A stretch of DNA of 64,000 nt, from positions 186,001 to 250,000 of the forward strand of contig JALMLS010000453.1 in NCBI GenBank assembly GCA_038496445.1. The letters run 5' to 3'. The stretch is from Trichosphaerium sp. ATCC 40318 (lineage: Eukaryota; Protista; Tubulinea). The notes below the pieces were generated by a model, which saw only the letters and a list, made by a program, of their open reading frames with translations, was not told the DNA's origin and searched no databases. Below, one piece after another: positions 63,123-64,000 of the stretch (position 1 is the first letter of the stretch; each line of letters opens with the position of its first letter). The translations under genes and the position numbers were made by a program.

Positions 63123-63589
63123 TTGCGCACGTGATTATTTCGGAAAACATTAGCTTCCATCATTGAACTACTTGTAGCTTTAAACGTATTTTCGGGTTAT
63201 CTCAGTTCGTATTTATATCCGTAGTACTTCACATTCTTGTGAGTGGAAAAGGGAATATCAAACAATCTTGTATCAATAGGATATATATTGATTATAGGCA
63301 ATAAGAGACGGTGTTGCAAATACAGCGGTTTAAACAAAGCTAAGTCACCCAACAAAGTAACACTTTTCTTTTCGTCTAAAATTACCTCTGGAGCCTTTTT
63401 AGGTGTTCTTCTAATCGCAGTTAGTTAAGGCAAATTCTATGCCTGCTCGCTGTTTTAACGAAACCGTCAAAACATCGTTCATTGCTGATTGTATGTGTGC
63501 TGTTTGCGCTAGCTCGCTAGCTCTTGAAGCATCGTGAACTTTTTTTATTATTATAATAGCACAACACCAGCATCTCATCTCGTTCAAAA

Positions 63590-64000
63590 ATGTTGAGACT
63601 CTTGGCTTTTTGTCTTGTTGTGGTATTGGTTTCCTGTTACGAGCAGGCATACTGGGATAGAGTCAATGATTATGACGTTGCCTTTAAAAGTACGTTTCGA
63701 GTTATATTTAGGCATTGTATTTGCTTTTTTATTCCAGAAAAACCATTTATTTTATTGCAAGATAAGTTTCACGTACAAGCTGTTGTATTTAACATCATCC
63801 TCTAGTGGATCTATCTCCAGCACGCTTCTCGAAGCGCAGTGGTGGTATTGAAAGACGTTTCGTAATCCATAAAGCGAACAATGAAAAGAAAGTATTCCGA
63901 GTCAGATCTTATTCTGTGTTTGGTACTGGTGCCGAGGTAAGTTCTCGTGATAGCATCTTGCTCGAAAAAGCTTTTCCATTTTAGCTACAATTTCTCTTTA
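63590..64000 (+). CDS. 5' end of a close paralog of the metalloprotease at 50449-55525 (inverted orientation, truncated by the window)
   Basis: MLRLLAFCLVVVLVSCYEQAYWDRVNDYDVAFK/..SPARFSKRSGGIERRFVIHKANNEKKVFRVRSYSVFG; same intron positions and near-identical exon DNA to the reverse complement of 55190-55525. Confidence 0.9.

Noticed and set aside
1-64000. Alternative genetic code to explain short ORFs
   Set aside because: Conserved genes assemble cleanly through short introns, and TAA, TAG and TGA all serve as terminators.
1-64000. Transposons, tRNA or rRNA genes
   Set aside because: No transposase or RT motifs, terminal repeats, cloverleafs or rRNA signatures recognised by eye.

Overview
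Compact, AT-rich eukaryotic DNA, most likely a protist or amoeba. It has short GT/GC-AG introns, frequent GTACGT/GTATGT donors, the standard genetic code and often only 70-130 bp between divergent genes. About 30 genes can be assembled by hand. Housekeeping-type genes: UFC1, RMI2, an SR-type RRM protein, a Diaphanous-related formin, a GMC oxidoreductase, a twin-CX9C protein, a 2H phosphoesterase and a PB1-TKL-PH kinase. The notable content is: (1) 13 predicted cullin-RING substrate adaptors in about 50 kb, namely 5 F-box-MORN paralogs, 4 F-box-short-LRR paralogs, F-box-Kelch, F-box-macrodomain, another F-box and WD40-BC/SOCS box; (2) an inverted pair of ADAM/reprolysin-like metalloprotease genes flanking a membrane-anchored NtA/TIMP-fold protein whose predicted mature chain starts with Cys, a candidate protease-inhibitor locus; (3) a LIM-annexin fusion; (4) strong over-representation of the palindrome (R)TCACGTGA(Y) in introns and intergenic DNA. 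All gene models were spliced by eye and no database search was run.
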